A stretch of DNA of 64,000 nt from a plasmid, in sequence record NZ_CP011600.1. The stretch is one strand, 5' to 3'. The notes beneath the pieces were generated by a model, which did no database searches, was not told where the DNA came from, and saw nothing but the letters and a program-made list of their open reading frames with translations. Positions 46,787 through 61,178 of the stretch are shown here, in pieces. A program made the translations under genes and the position numbers. Numbering within the stretch: position 1 is the first letter of the stretch; each line of letters begins with the position of its first letter.

Positions 46787-48046
46787 ATGAGAAATGAACA
46801 GGCCGCAGAGATTCTGCAAAATATCTTTCAGCGTGCTGTTGACAGTGCCCGTCCCGGGCCTGTCATACCCCCGGCACTACCTGAAAAACCGAAAGGTCGT
46901 TGTGTAGTGATTGGCGCGGGTAAAGCCTCTGCCGCGATGGCCGCAGCGGTAGACGCGGCCTGGCCGGATGTGGATGTCAGCGGTGTCGTGGTAACTCGCT
47001 ATGGTCACGCCGTCCCTGCCGGTCGTATTCGTATTCTGGAAGCGGCTCATCCGGTGTCCGATGCCATGAGCGAAATCGCCGCGATGTTGATCGTGGAGTC
47101 GTTGCGTGGACTGACCCCGGATGATCTGGTGCTGGCGTTGATTTCCGGTGGTGGTTCGGCGCTGATGGCACTTCCTGCACCGGGGCTGACCCTGGCCGAT
47201 AAGCAGGCGATTACCCGCGCGTTGTTGCACAGCGGGGCCAATATCAGGGAGATGAATCTGGTGCGCCGCCATCTGTCAGCGGTTAAAGGGGGCAAACTGG
47301 CGCTGCTGGCACAACCGGCACGGCTGGTTTCTCTGATTATCAGCGATGTTCCGGGCGACAACCCAACCGACGTGGCGTCAGGTCCAACGGTTGCCGATAA
47401 CAGTACTCCGGGGGATGCGCTGAAAGTGCTGGAACGCTATGGCATTCCCGTCGCAGAGCCGGTGCGTTATGTGCTGACTCATCCTCAGCAAGGACAACCG
47501 CAGCCTGGAGATGCTGAAACTAAACTGATTGCTACCCCGGCATTAGCCCTTGCCGCCGCAGCAGCAGCCGTGCGGCAACATGGCTTAACGCCGTTGATCC
47601 TCGGTGATGCTATCGAAGGTGAGAGCCGCCAGGTTGCTGTCGTGATGGCGGGGATTGCCCGATCGGTGAAACAGTATGGTCATCCCGTTAAAGGGCCAGC
47701 GGTGTTGCTGTCAGGAGGGGAAACCACCGTCACGGTGACCAATGGCCGCGCAGGTAAAGGCGGGCGTAATACTGAATTTCTGCTCAGTCTGGCCTGTGCC
47801 TTACAGGGAGAAGCCGGTATCTGGGCGATTGCCGGAGACACTGACGGTATCGATGGTACGGAAGATGCAGCCGGTGCCATGATCTCACCGGACACACTGA
47901 CACTCGGGAAACTGAATGGTCTGAATGCCGCCATGTATTTGGATGAACATGACAGCTACAGTTATTTCCACTCCATTGGCGACCTGGTGATAACCGGTCC
48001 CACCCTCACCAACGTGAATGATATTCGCGCCATATTAATTGCCTGA
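46787..48046 (+). CDS. ttuD: glycerate 2-kinase (MOFRL family, TtuD/GckA-like)
   Basis: 419 aa; MOFRL-family layout. Confidence 0.7.
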   Translation: MRNEQAAEILQNIFQRAVDSARPGPVIPPALPEKPKGRCVVIGAGKASAAMAAAVDAAWPDVDVSGVVVTRYGHAVPAGRIRILEAAHPVSDAMSEIAAMLIVESLRGLTPDDLVLALISGGGSALMALPAPGLTLADKQAITRALLHSGANIREMNLVRRHLSAVKGGKLALLAQPARLVSLIISDVPGDNPTDVASGPTVADNSTPGDALKVLERYGIPVAEPVRYVLTHPQQGQPQPGDAETKLIATPALALAAAAAAVRQHGLTPLILGDAIEGESRQVAVVMAGIARSVKQYGHPVKGPAVLLSGGETTVTVTNGRAGKGGRNTEFLLSLACALQGEAGIWAIAGDTDGIDGTEDAAGAMISPDTLTLGKLNGLNAAMYLDEHDSYSYFHSIGDLVITGPTLTNVNDIRAILIA

Positions 48047-48064
48047 TTGCCTGACTCTACCCCA

Positions 48065-48100
48065 CAGTTTTCCCGGACATCCGGGAAAACTGTTATTTCT
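48065..48100 (+). terminator. rho-independent terminator
   Basis: ACAGTTTTCCCGG-acat-CCGGGAAAACTGT followed by TATTTCTG. Confidence 0.75.
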
Positions 48101-48437
48101 GTAATCACCTTCGTGATTTATTAAATATTTTGAGATCAAAAAAGGCTTTGGTGAATAAATCGAACTTTTTTTGAGTTGAAGGAGCAGAGCACGCATCTGA
48201 TCCACCGAAACACCATTTTTCAGTAGGTTTCGATTAGTCACTTAAACCTGCCGTCAGAAGAGTCAACTTTAAAGTCCTAAGGAAATAAGCTCCTTGAATT
48301 AGGAGGATGTCTAACAGAGGACACTCCCCCTGAAGGTCACCAGGGGGCCAGGCCGTGATGTAAAAACCATTACTAATTGTCCTTTCCTGAAACCCCCTGT
48401 CGGACCATCAGTGTAGGGGGCCGCTTGGAAAACGGAA

Positions 48438-49764
48438 TCTATGGTCACTCCCGTTTTTGCAACACCGATTTTGACGACAAGTTGGCTTGCTTGAATCTAT
48501 CCGGCGTCTGAATGGGATTTTATTCCCGCGCCTCGATGAGTTCCGCGCCTGATGAACCTCCAGAAAATATACGGCTTCAATGAGCCTTTCCGTTTTACAG
48601 GTTCCTCAACAGGCCGGTGGGCCGTTAGTATCATCAATATCAGTATTCGCAAAACCAGATGAATGATTGTTTAAACTGGTGTATTTCTGCCTTTATGCTT
48701 CGTAAGTTTGCTGTCGCGCCGTCAGTGCCCAGGCTATTCTGGCCAGCTTGTTTGCCAGAGCACAGGTGACGACAAAGTTGCTTTTCCGACACAACAACTC
48801 CCTGACCCAGTCGGCCAACTTGCCAGACTGGTGTTCCAGTTTTTGTATGAATACCCTGGCACACTGAACCAACAAAGTTCGGATCTTTTTGTTGCCCCGC
48901 TTGCTAATCCCTAACAATGTCGTCCGACCTCCCGTGCTGTACTGTCGGGGTACCAGCCCTGTTGCCGCCGCAAAGTCACGGCTGCTGGCGTACTGCTTCC
49001 CGTCGCCAATCTCAGTTGAAATAGTACTGGCAGTCAGCGTTCCAACGCAGGGAATACTCAGCAAGCGCTGTCCAACCTCATCTTCGTCCAACTTTCGTTT
49101 CAACTGAGATTCCAGATCTTTAATCTGCTCAACAAGATAGTGATAATGCTGTTGTAATTTCAGCAGTAACTGGCTGAGATAAAGAGGCAAACTACTGTCC
49201 TCAAGAAGGGTACTCAGTCGACTAATAACGGCAGCACCTCGCGGAACGCTGATACCAAATTCCAGCAGAAAAGCATGCATCTGATTAGTTGTTTTCACCT
49301 TATCCTGAACCAGGGATTCACGGACACGATGCAGAGCTCGCATTGCCTGCTGAGATTCGGTTCTGGGCTGCACGAAACGCATAGATGGACGTGATGCTGC
49401 TTCACAGATAGCTTCAGCATCAACGAAGTCATTTTTGTTGCTTTTAACGAATGGGCGGACAAATTGCGGTGATATCAGCTTTGGAAAATGCCCTAACTCT
49501 GCCAGCTTGCGTGCCATAAAGTGAGAACCGCCACAGGCTTCCATCGCGATGGTTGTTGCCGGGCATGTCGCCAGAAATTCGATTAGCTTTGGTCGGGTGA
49601 ATTTTTTACGGTAAACGGCCTTCCCACGATGATCCTGACAATGAATATGGAAAGAGTTCTTACCCAGATCGATACCAATAAGCGCAATGTTTTCCATGAT
49701 GGTTCTCCGAATGAAAGCCTGTCCTCAGCATAGTACTGGGAAGGAGGGAGTGACCATCTCATTA
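48438..49764 (-). mobile_element. IS5075/IS4321-like element, copy 5 (1327 bp)
   Basis: Identical to copy 1. Confidence 0.85.
48693..49697 (-). CDS. IS110-family transposase
   Basis: Identical 334-aa ORF. Confidence 0.85.
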   Translation of the reverse strand: MENIALIGIDLGKNSFHIHCQDHRGKAVYRKKFTRPKLIEFLATCPATTIAMEACGGSHFMARKLAELGHFPKLISPQFVRPFVKSNKNDFVDAEAICEAASRPSMRFVQPRTESQQAMRALHRVRESLVQDKVKTTNQMHAFLLEFGISVPRGAAVISRLSTLLEDSSLPLYLSQLLLKLQQHYHYLVEQIKDLESQLKRKLDEDEVGQRLLSIPCVGTLTASTISTEIGDGKQYASSRDFAAATGLVPRQYSTGGRTTLLGISKRGNKKIRTLLVQCARVFIQKLEHQSGKLADWVRELLCRKSNFVVTCALANKLARIAWALTARQQTYEA

Positions 49765-49863
49765 AATATCCTACGTTAAGCCTGTTTTTTGAGCTGGCAT
49801 GACGGGCAGCTATGAGCGAAGTATAGTCATTCGCCCTATCTCTTTTGTCGCACTTTCAACAAG

Positions 49864-49901
49864 GGGGTCGCTTGGAAAGCGGAACGAGGTCAGTCTCCGC
49901 C
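49864..49901 (+). repeat. degenerate second IR-like sequence in direct orientation (GGGGGTCGCTTGGAAAGCGGAACGAGGTCAGTC)
   Basis: 19 of the first 22 nt match the IR at 48416; lies 83 bp inside it. Confidence 0.5.
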
Positions 49902-50100
49902 CGGACTGCTCAGCTCTTTAAACAGCAAAAGAGAGGCATCTTATGAGAAGGGATTGTTCAGTATGTCAGGGCAGACTGCTTTTTCATCCGCAGGTACTGA
50001 GGGTAAATGCTCAATTCCGGTACGATTCTTACTCTATAGCCAGACAGAATTCAGCATTGTGCTGAACCCGAATCTTTTTTTACTCTGACAGGCCTGTTCA

Positions 50101-51111
50101 TCAGAACCCTGAAAAAACAATTTTCCCGTTCACATTTTTATTTTCCATGTCCTCATGAGCCCGGCGAAGTGCTTTAGCATTCAGCCTGCCATACTCTGCC
50201 AGCAACGGAGGTTTGAGCTTACCGGAATCCAGCATGCATGAGAGTTTGTTAAGAATATCATGCTGTTTAGACATGTCCGCAGTAGCATGCATGGGGCGGG
50301 TAAACATTGCCTCCCAGTGAACAGAAACGCTCTTAAATTTGATCAAACGCAGATCCAGTGGTTCAGGGTCGTCGATGAGTCCGATACGGCCTTGTGGGGC
50401 AATAATTTCGGCCATATTTTCCCAGGCAGATGGCGTGGTGTACGTTGAGAAAATCCGGGTAACGGGAGGAAGCCCAGCAATACTGGCAACCTGTGGCGCA
50501 AGCGCACATGAATGATCCAGGACATAATGCGCACCAAACCCGCGAACCGCTCTGACACTCTCCTGCCGGGAGGCAGTCCCGATGATGTTCACCCGACTCA
50601 GAGTGCGGGCAAGCTGTATAGCCATACAAGGGACTCCGCCCGCACCGCCAAGCATCAACAGGGTCTGATCAGCATCTCCGTTCACTGACAACTGCAGACG
50701 ATCAAATAACATTTCCCAGGCTGTCAGACCGGTCAGAGGAACCGACGCTGCAGCTTCAAAACTTAGTGCTGCCGGCTTTATCCCCGTAATGCGTTCGTCA
50801 ACCAGCTGAAACTCTGCGTTGGCTCCCTGGCGATCGAGCACACCGGCATAGAAAACGTGGTCACCTGGCCTGAACAGCGTCACATCTGGTCCGGTTGCTT
50901 CAACAACACCGGAAGCGTCGTATCCCATAACTACCGGATTGCCTGCAGAGGGACTGATGTTTCGCCGGCTTTTCAGGTCCCGTGGGTTAACCGCGACCGC
51001 CCTGACTCTGATCAAAAGATCACGCCCCTTGGGCATGGATGGGTGGGGAAGCGACAAATCTTCAATAACGGATGTACTTTCCCCGGGTTGCCAGAAACCA
51101 ACGGCTTTCAT
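50101..51111 (-). CDS. zinc-type alcohol dehydrogenase / quinone oxidoreductase (MDR superfamily)
   Basis: 336 aa; GroES-like N-terminus and Rossmann motif GGAGGVPCMAIQLA. Confidence 0.7.
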   Translation of the reverse strand: MKAVGFWQPGESTSVIEDLSLPHPSMPKGRDLLIRVRAVAVNPRDLKSRRNISPSAGNPVVMGYDASGVVEATGPDVTLFRPGDHVFYAGVLDRQGANAEFQLVDERITGIKPAALSFEAAASVPLTGLTAWEMLFDRLQLSVNGDADQTLLMLGGAGGVPCMAIQLARTLSRVNIIGTASRQESVRAVRGFGAHYVLDHSCALAPQVASIAGLPPVTRIFSTYTTPSAWENMAEIIAPQGRIGLIDDPEPLDLRLIKFKSVSVHWEAMFTRPMHATADMSKQHDILNKLSCMLDSGKLKPPLLAEYGRLNAKALRRAHEDMENKNVNGKIVFSGF

Positions 51112-51571
51112 TCTGTCTCCTTAAAAAGGTCAGTCACCAGATAAATAAATGTAAAAGTGTGCGGAACGCGATACCCGCCAGTGCCCCCGGCAGTGCAAAT
51201 CGAAAAATACGCGGAAAGCGGGCGCTGATGCCCATGAATATACCAATGCCCGGCAAATCAAAACTGTTGATGAGAAATCCGGCTGACCGGTTAATTTCGT
51301 TAACGGTCAGGTTACCGCTATGGATAAGGTCAGTCGGTAATGCTGTCAACCTGTTGATGACTATTTTAATCTGTAGTCATTCAATCCTTGTAACATCAGG
51401 ATGATCCTGGTGTCAGTGAAAATACGAAATCAACACGTTGGTATCATTACCCACCAGTGAACTGACGTCGGCATTTTGAATCTCACTTCGGCGTGCCCCC
51501 TCCGAATGGCGCAAAACATTTCGTGGTATGGCATGATAGCACCCGAAGAGAGTCAATTCAGGGTGGTAAAT

Positions 51572-52654
51572 GTGAAACCAGTAACGCTATACGATGTCGC
51601 AGAGTATGCCGGTGTCTCTTATCAGACCGTTTCCCGCGTGGTGAACCAGGCCAGCCACGTCTCTGCGAAAACGCGGGAAAAGGTGGAAGCGGCGATGGCG
51701 CAGCTGAACTACATTCCCAACCGCGTGGCACAACAACTGGCGGGCAAACAGTCGTTGCTGATTGGCGTTGCTACCTCCAGTCTGGCCCTGCACGCGCCGT
51801 CGCAAATTGTCGCGGCGATTAAATCTCGCGCCGATCAACTGGGTGCCAGCGTGGTGGTGTCGATGGTAGAACGAAGCAGCGTCGAAGCCTGTAAAGCGGC
51901 GGTACATAACCTTCTCGCGCAACGCGTCAGTGGTCTGATCATTAACTATCCGCTGGATGACGAGGATGCCATTGCTATGGAAGCTGCCTGCGCTAATGTT
52001 CCGGCCCTATTTCTTGATGTCTCTGACCAGACTCCCATCAACAGTATTATTTTTTCCCATGAAGACGGTACGCGACTGGGCGTGGAGCATCTGATCGCAT
52101 TGGGTCACCAGCAAATCGCGTTGTTAGCCGGTCCATTAAGTTCTGTCTCGGCGCGTCTGCGTCTGGCGGACTGGCATAAATATCTCACACGCAATCAAAT
52201 TCATCCGATAGCGGAACGGGAAGGCGACTGGAGTGCCATGTCCGGTTTTCAACAAACTATGCAAATGCTGAATGAGGGCATCGTTCCCACTGCGATGCTG
52301 GTTGCCAACGATCAGATGGCGCTGGGCGCAATGCGCGCTATTACCGAGTCCGGGCTGCGCGTTGGTGCGGATATCTCGGTAGTGGGATACGACGATACCG
52401 AAGACAGCTCGTGTTATATCCCGCCGTTAACCACCATCAAACAGGATTTTCGCCTGCTGGGGAAAACTAGCGTGGACCGCTTGCTGAAACTCTCTCAGGG
52501 CCAGGCGGTGAAGAGCAATCAGCTGTTGCCCGTCTCACTGGTGAAAAGAAAAACCACCCTACCGCCCAATACGCAAACCACCTCTCCCCGCACGTTGGCA
52601 GATTCCTTAATGCAGCTGGCACGACAAGTTTCCCGACTTGAAAGCGGGCAGTGA
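51572..52654 (+). CDS. lacI: lactose repressor LacI
   Basis: 360 aa from GTG (VKPVTLYDVAEYAGVSYQTVSRVVNQ); lacI promoter upstream; the 392-aa ORF call is an over-extension. Confidence 0.95.
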   Translation: MKPVTLYDVAEYAGVSYQTVSRVVNQASHVSAKTREKVEAAMAQLNYIPNRVAQQLAGKQSLLIGVATSSLALHAPSQIVAAIKSRADQLGASVVVSMVERSSVEACKAAVHNLLAQRVSGLIINYPLDDEDAIAMEAACANVPALFLDVSDQTPINSIIFSHEDGTRLGVEHLIALGHQQIALLAGPLSSVSARLRLADWHKYLTRNQIHPIAEREGDWSAMSGFQQTMQMLNEGIVPTAMLVANDQMALGAMRAITESGLRVGADISVVGYDDTEDSSCYIPPLTTIKQDFRLLGKTSVDRLLKLSQGQAVKSNQLLPVSLVKRKTTLPPNTQTTSPRTLADSLMQLARQVSRLESGQ

Positions 52655-55850
<3,196 letters not shown>

Positions 55851-55856
55851 TAATAA

Positions 55857-57155
<1,299 letters not shown>

Positions 57156-57220
57156 GAAATTAATGTCGGATATGGCGCGAACGCCTTATCCGACCAACTT
57201 ATCAGGACGGAATGTTAAAA

Positions 57221-57360
57221 ATGAACATGTCGATGACAGAAAAAATAAAAGCAGGCAAGCTATTTACCGATATGTGCGAAGGCTTACCTGAAAAAAGACT
57301 TCGTGGGAAAACATTAATGTATGAGTTCAATCACTCGCATCCATCAGAAGTTGAAAAAAG
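57221..57360 (+). pseudogene. lacA: lacA 5' fragment (about 46 codons) truncated by IS1
   Basis: MNMSMTEKIKAGKLFTDMCEGLPEKRLRGKTLMYEFNHSHPSEVEK, then the IS1 end GGTAATGACTCCAAC. Confidence 0.85.
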
Positions 57361-57375
57361 GGTAATGACTCCAAC

Positions 57376-57774
57376 TTATTGATAGTGTTTTATGTTCAGA
57401 TAATGCCCGATGACTTTGTCATGCAGCTCCACCGATTTTGAGAGCGACAGCGACTTCCGTCCCAGCCGTGCCAGATGCTGCCTCAGATTCAGGTTATGCC
57501 GCTCAATTCGCTGCGTATATCGCTTGCTGATTACGTGCAGCTTTCCCTTCAGGCGGGATTCATACAGCGGCCAGCCATCCGTCATCCATATCACCACGTC
57601 AAAGGGTGACAGCAGGCTCATAAGACGCCCCAGCGTCGCCATAGTGCGTTCACCGAATACGTGCGCAAACCGTCTTCCGGAGCCTGTCATACGCGTAAAA
57701 CAGCCAGCGCTGGCGCGATTTAGCCCCGACATAGCCCCACTGTTCGTCCATTTCCGCGCAGACGATGACGTCAC
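57376..57774 (-). CDS. insB: IS1 InsB (InsAB' 3' frame)
   Basis: ...[68 protein letters not shown]... Confidence 0.8.
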   Translation of the reverse strand: MTSSSARKWTNSGAMSGLNRASAGCFTRMTGSGRRFAHVFGERTMATLGRLMSLLSPFDVVIWMTDGWPLYESRLKGKLHVISKRYTQRIERHNLNLRQHLARLGRKSLSLSKSVELHDKVIGHYLNIKHYQ

Positions 57775-58070
57775 TGCCCGGCTGTATGCGCGAGGTTACC
57801 GACTGCGGCCTGAGTTTTTAAGTGACGTAAAATCGTGTTGAGGCCAACGCCCATAATGCGGGCGGTTGCCCGGCATCCAACACCATTCATGGCCATATCA
57901 ATGATTTTCTGGTGCGTACCGGGTTGAGAAGCGGTGTAAGTGAACTGCAGTTGCCATGTTTTACGGCAGTGAGAGCAGAGATAGCGCTGATGTCCGGCAG
58001 TGCTTTTGCCGTTACGCACCACCCCGTCAGTAGCTGAACAGGAGGGACAGCTGATAGAAACAGAAGCCAC
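57771..58070 (-). CDS. insA: IS1 InsA
   Basis: [43 protein letters not shown]... Confidence 0.85.
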   Translation of the reverse strand: MASVSISCPSCSATDGVVRNGKSTAGHQRYLCSHCRKTWQLQFTYTASQPGTHQKIIDMAMNGVGCRATARIMGVGLNTILRHLKTQAAVGNLAHTAGQ

Positions 58071-58110
58071 TGGAGCACCTCAAAAACACCATCATACACT
58101 AAATCAGTAA

Positions 58111-58207
58111 ACCACTTCACATTAATGGCAGCAAACACCCGAACCGGCAGATGAGCTCCGTGTTGTTCTACGGCGCAAATAGGTAGTACGGCGACGATAT
58201 TCGCCAT
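58111..58207 (-). pseudogene. 5' fragment (about 32 codons) of a creatininase/creatinine-amidohydrolase-family gene truncated by IS1
   Basis: MANIVAVLPICAVEQHGAHLPVRV... (family motif VLPxGxxEQHGPHLP) runs into IS1. Confidence 0.5.
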
Positions 58208-58445
58208 ATCCAGTTTACTGAATTCCCGCGTGGTGAGATCACACCACTAGGGAGAAGACGGTTTAAGCATGTTTACCTCCGGTTTTGTCTAACAATAAAA
58301 GATACGGTACGTTGCATTTAGGGCATTTTAGACCGGCTCTATGTCCTGCTATGTGCTAACTTTTCCAGTTTAATGGCCTCTCGTCGAGTTGTGTGGCAAC
58401 AGTGTTGCCACCGGCGGAAATCCGCCGGTTTGAATGCTTTTTTGT

Positions 58446-60179
58446 TCAGCAGGCGACGAGGTGCCCGTCGCCAAAATCGGTAAAGCGCTGCGGTACTCTC
58501 TGATAGCCGATGGGTTTGATCGGTTCTGGTCTTATCGGCATTGCGCTGGTGGCTCGGGGTTGCCGTCTTTGCTGAACGTCAGGTATAGGAACGGCGCTGA
58601 GCAAGTGCTGAGTATAAGGATGCTGCGGATGGTGCAACACTCGATCTCGTGGGCCGATCTCCACGAGCTGGCCGCCAAACATCACCGCTACCCGGTGGCA
58701 GATGCGCTCCACCACCGCCATATCATGGGAAATAAACAGATAGCTGAGCCGATAGCGCTGACGCAAATCTTCCAGCAGCGTCAGCACCTGCGCCTGTACT
58801 GAAACATCCAGCGCGGAAACCGATTCATCGGCGATGATCACTTTCGGGTTCAGCGCCAGCGCGCGGGCAATGCAAATGCGCTGGCGCTGGCCGCCGGAAA
58901 ACTGGTGCGGATAACGCCGCATCGCTTCCGCTGGCAGGCCGACCTGCTGCAATAGCTGCGCCACCCGCTCCGTGCGCTGTACTGCGGGCATCTGCTCATG
59001 AATCAGCAGCGGCTCCCCAACCAGGTCGAAAATAGTTTTGCGCGGATTGAGCGCCGCCCAGGGATCCTGAAACACCATCTGCAAATCGCGGCGTACCGCT
59101 CTTAACGCCTCGTCCTTCAGGCCGTGCAGCTCCTGTCCGTTAAGCTGCGCGCTGCCGCTAAATGGCACCATATTCATCAGCGCTTTTGCCGTCGTCGATT
59201 TACCGCAGCCGCTTTCACCGACGATGCCCAACGTCTCGCCGGGGAAAAGATCGAAGCTGACGCCATCGACGGCATGGACTTCGCGACGCACGCGCAGGCC
59301 GTCGCCGCGCACCGGAAAGCGCACGCTGAGGTCGCGGACGCTGAGCAACGGTCGCGTCGCCTCGACCGGCGCCAGCGCGGGCGCCTGGCCCAGCACCGGT
59401 ACCGCCTGCAACAGCTGGCGGGTATAAGCCGCCTGCGGCGAGGTAAACAGCGTTTTTGCCGGAGCCTGCTCCATGATTTTGCCGTGACTCATGACCAGCA
59501 CATCATCGGCCATTTCTGCCACCACTCCCATATCGTGGGTGATCAACAGCAGGCTGGTGGAAAACGCCTGCTGCAGTTCGCGCATCAACTCGAGGATCTG
59601 CGCCTGAATAGTGACGTCGAGGGCCGTGGTCGGCTCATCGGCAATCAGCACCTGTGGCTGGCACAGCATTGCCATGGCGATCATCACCCGCTGGCGCATA
59701 CCGCCGGAAAGCTCGTGCGGATACTGTTGCAGGCGCTTCTCCACATGACTGATTTTGACCGCGTCCAGCATCGTGCTGACCCGGCTGCGCCGTTCACGGC
59801 GGCCCAGCACTTCGTGGCGTTGCAGCGTCTCTTCCAGCTGCTGGCCCACCGTCATCAGCGGATTGAGCGAGGTCATCGGTTCCTGAAAAATCATGGCAAC
59901 CGACTTGCCGCGCAGCAGCTGCATTTGCCGCTCCGGCAGGCTGAGCAAATCCTGGTTATCAAAAATAATCGCGCCGCCTGGAATCTGTGCCTCCTCCGGA
60001 AGCAAACCCATGATCGCCAGCGAAGTCAGCGATTTACCGCTGCCCGACTCGCCGGCAATGCACAGAGTTTTTCCCGGCCAGAGCGCAAAGCTGACGTCAT
60101 CCACCACCCGCTGTGTACCAAACTGGATCGACAGGCGCTCGACCGAGAGCAGCGGCGCCGGAAATAGGACTGCTGACAT
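58446..60179 (-). CDS. ABC transporter ATP-binding protein with duplicated (fused) ATPase domains, GsiA/DppDF-like
   Basis: 578 aa from [11 protein letters not shown] (TTAGGAGCG SD); two sets of Walker A ([16 protein letters not shown]) and ABC signature ([16 protein letters not shown]). Confidence 0.85.
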   Translation of the reverse strand: MSAVLFPAPLLSVERLSIQFGTQRVVDDVSFALWPGKTLCIAGESGSGKSLTSLAIMGLLPEEAQIPGGAIIFDNQDLLSLPERQMQLLRGKSVAMIFQEPMTSLNPLMTVGQQLEETLQRHEVLGRRERRSRVSTMLDAVKISHVEKRLQQYPHELSGGMRQRVMIAMAMLCQPQVLIADEPTTALDVTIQAQILELMRELQQAFSTSLLLITHDMGVVAEMADDVLVMSHGKIMEQAPAKTLFTSPQAAYTRQLLQAVPVLGQAPALAPVEATRPLLSVRDLSVRFPVRGDGLRVRREVHAVDGVSFDLFPGETLGIVGESGCGKSTTAKALMNMVPFSGSAQLNGQELHGLKDEALRAVRRDLQMVFQDPWAALNPRKTIFDLVGEPLLIHEQMPAVQRTERVAQLLQQVGLPAEAMRRYPHQFSGGQRQRICIARALALNPKVIIADESVSALDVSVQAQVLTLLEDLRQRYRLSYLFISHDMAVVERICHRVAVMFGGQLVEIGPRDRVLHHPQHPYTQHLLSAVPIPDVQQRRQPRATSAMPIRPEPIKPIGYQRVPQRFTDFGDGHLVAC

Positions 60180-60186
60180 AACGCTC

Positions 60187-61134
60187 CTAATTAAACACGC
60201 TGTTGGGAAAATAGAACGACACCACCCAGTTAGGCCGATCGACGATTTCGCTGATGCGCAGATCGCCGCACACGGAGCAGAGCATATAGGCCTCTTCCGC
60301 CGACATCCCTTGTTCGCGGCACAGCGCATCGATGGTATAGCTTACCGCGTCGCGGGCGGCGGTCATCAGGTCAGGGCCAATGCCGGTGAAGGCGCTGTAG
60401 CCGTGCCGATCCAGATGTTGGGTCACTGGGCCAGGGGTGGCGAAACGCGGCGTTTTCAGCGGCATATCTTTAACCACTTCCAGCTTCACCACCACGTCCA
60501 TCGCGCTTTCAATCGCCGTGCCGCAGACTTCACCATCGCCCTGCGCGGCGTGGGTGTCACCAATAGAAAACAACGCGCCTTCTACTTCCACCGGTAGCCA
60601 TAATGTGCAGCCAGCGGCCAGATCGCGAATATCCAGATTGCCGCCCACGCGGCGCGGCGGCACCACCGAATGATGGCCCGCGGCGGCGGGAGCGACGCCG
60701 AGGGTACCGGCGAAGGGTTTCAGCGGTACGCGGCCATATCGGCCAAAGGCGCAGGGGGTTAAGCCCTGGCGGTCATATTGCCACAGCGTCAGCGCCGGAT
60801 CAGAAAACTGATCGGCCAGCAGGCCGAAGCCCGGGATATTCGCAGTCCAGCCAAAGCCGCTGGGACGAAAGGATTCCAGCGTCACCTTTAGCGCATCGCC
60901 CGGCTGAGCGCCTTCCACATAGACCGGGCCACTGACCGGGTTGAGCTTATCAAACGGCAGCGTTGGGATATCCGCTGCGGTAGAACCGGCGTTGAACCAG
61001 CCGTTAGCCGCATCCAGGCAGTGAAACTCCAGTTGGCTGCCGGAAGCTACGTGCAGGACCGGGCTCAGGCTGTTATCCCAGCCGAAATGATGTTGAGCAT
61101 GATGAATGGTCTTCACCAGACAATTTTGGCACAT
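60187..61134 (-). CDS. acetamidase/formamidase-family (FmdA_AmdA) amidohydrolase
   Basis: 315 aa; embedded between the substrate-binding-protein and ATPase genes of the ABC operon. Confidence 0.7.
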   Translation of the reverse strand: MCQNCLVKTIHHAQHHFGWDNSLSPVLHVASGSQLEFHCLDAANGWFNAGSTAADIPTLPFDKLNPVSGPVYVEGAQPGDALKVTLESFRPSGFGWTANIPGFGLLADQFSDPALTLWQYDRQGLTPCAFGRYGRVPLKPFAGTLGVAPAAAGHHSVVPPRRVGGNLDIRDLAAGCTLWLPVEVEGALFSIGDTHAAQGDGEVCGTAIESAMDVVVKLEVVKDMPLKTPRFATPGPVTQHLDRHGYSAFTGIGPDLMTAARDAVSYTIDALCREQGMSAEEAYMLCSVCGDLRISEIVDRPNWVVSFYFPNSVFN

Positions 61135-61178
61135 CCTGACTCTCCTTTAAGCAGCGGCGCCGTCCCGGCGCCATCAAA

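Larger units (their letters stand above)
48416..49780 (+). repeat. solo 38-bp Tn3-family IR (GGGGGCCGCTTGGAAAACGGAA / AATATCCTACGTTAAG) split by IS copy 5
   Basis: Same split geometry as the other copies; no transposase gene follows. Confidence 0.65.
57361..58110 (-). mobile_element. IS1 lacking its insA-proximal terminal IR (about 15 bp missing)
   Basis: Starts GGTAATGACTCCAACTTATTGATAGTG; ends ...CACTAAATCAGTAA where the canonical GTTGGCAGCATCACC terminus is absent. Confidence 0.85.

Noticed and set aside
51476-51571. N-terminal extension of lacI (392-aa call)
   Set aside because: The known lacI GTG start, with its promoter CGGTATGGCATGATAGC just upstream, lies at 51572. The extension covers the lacI promoter.
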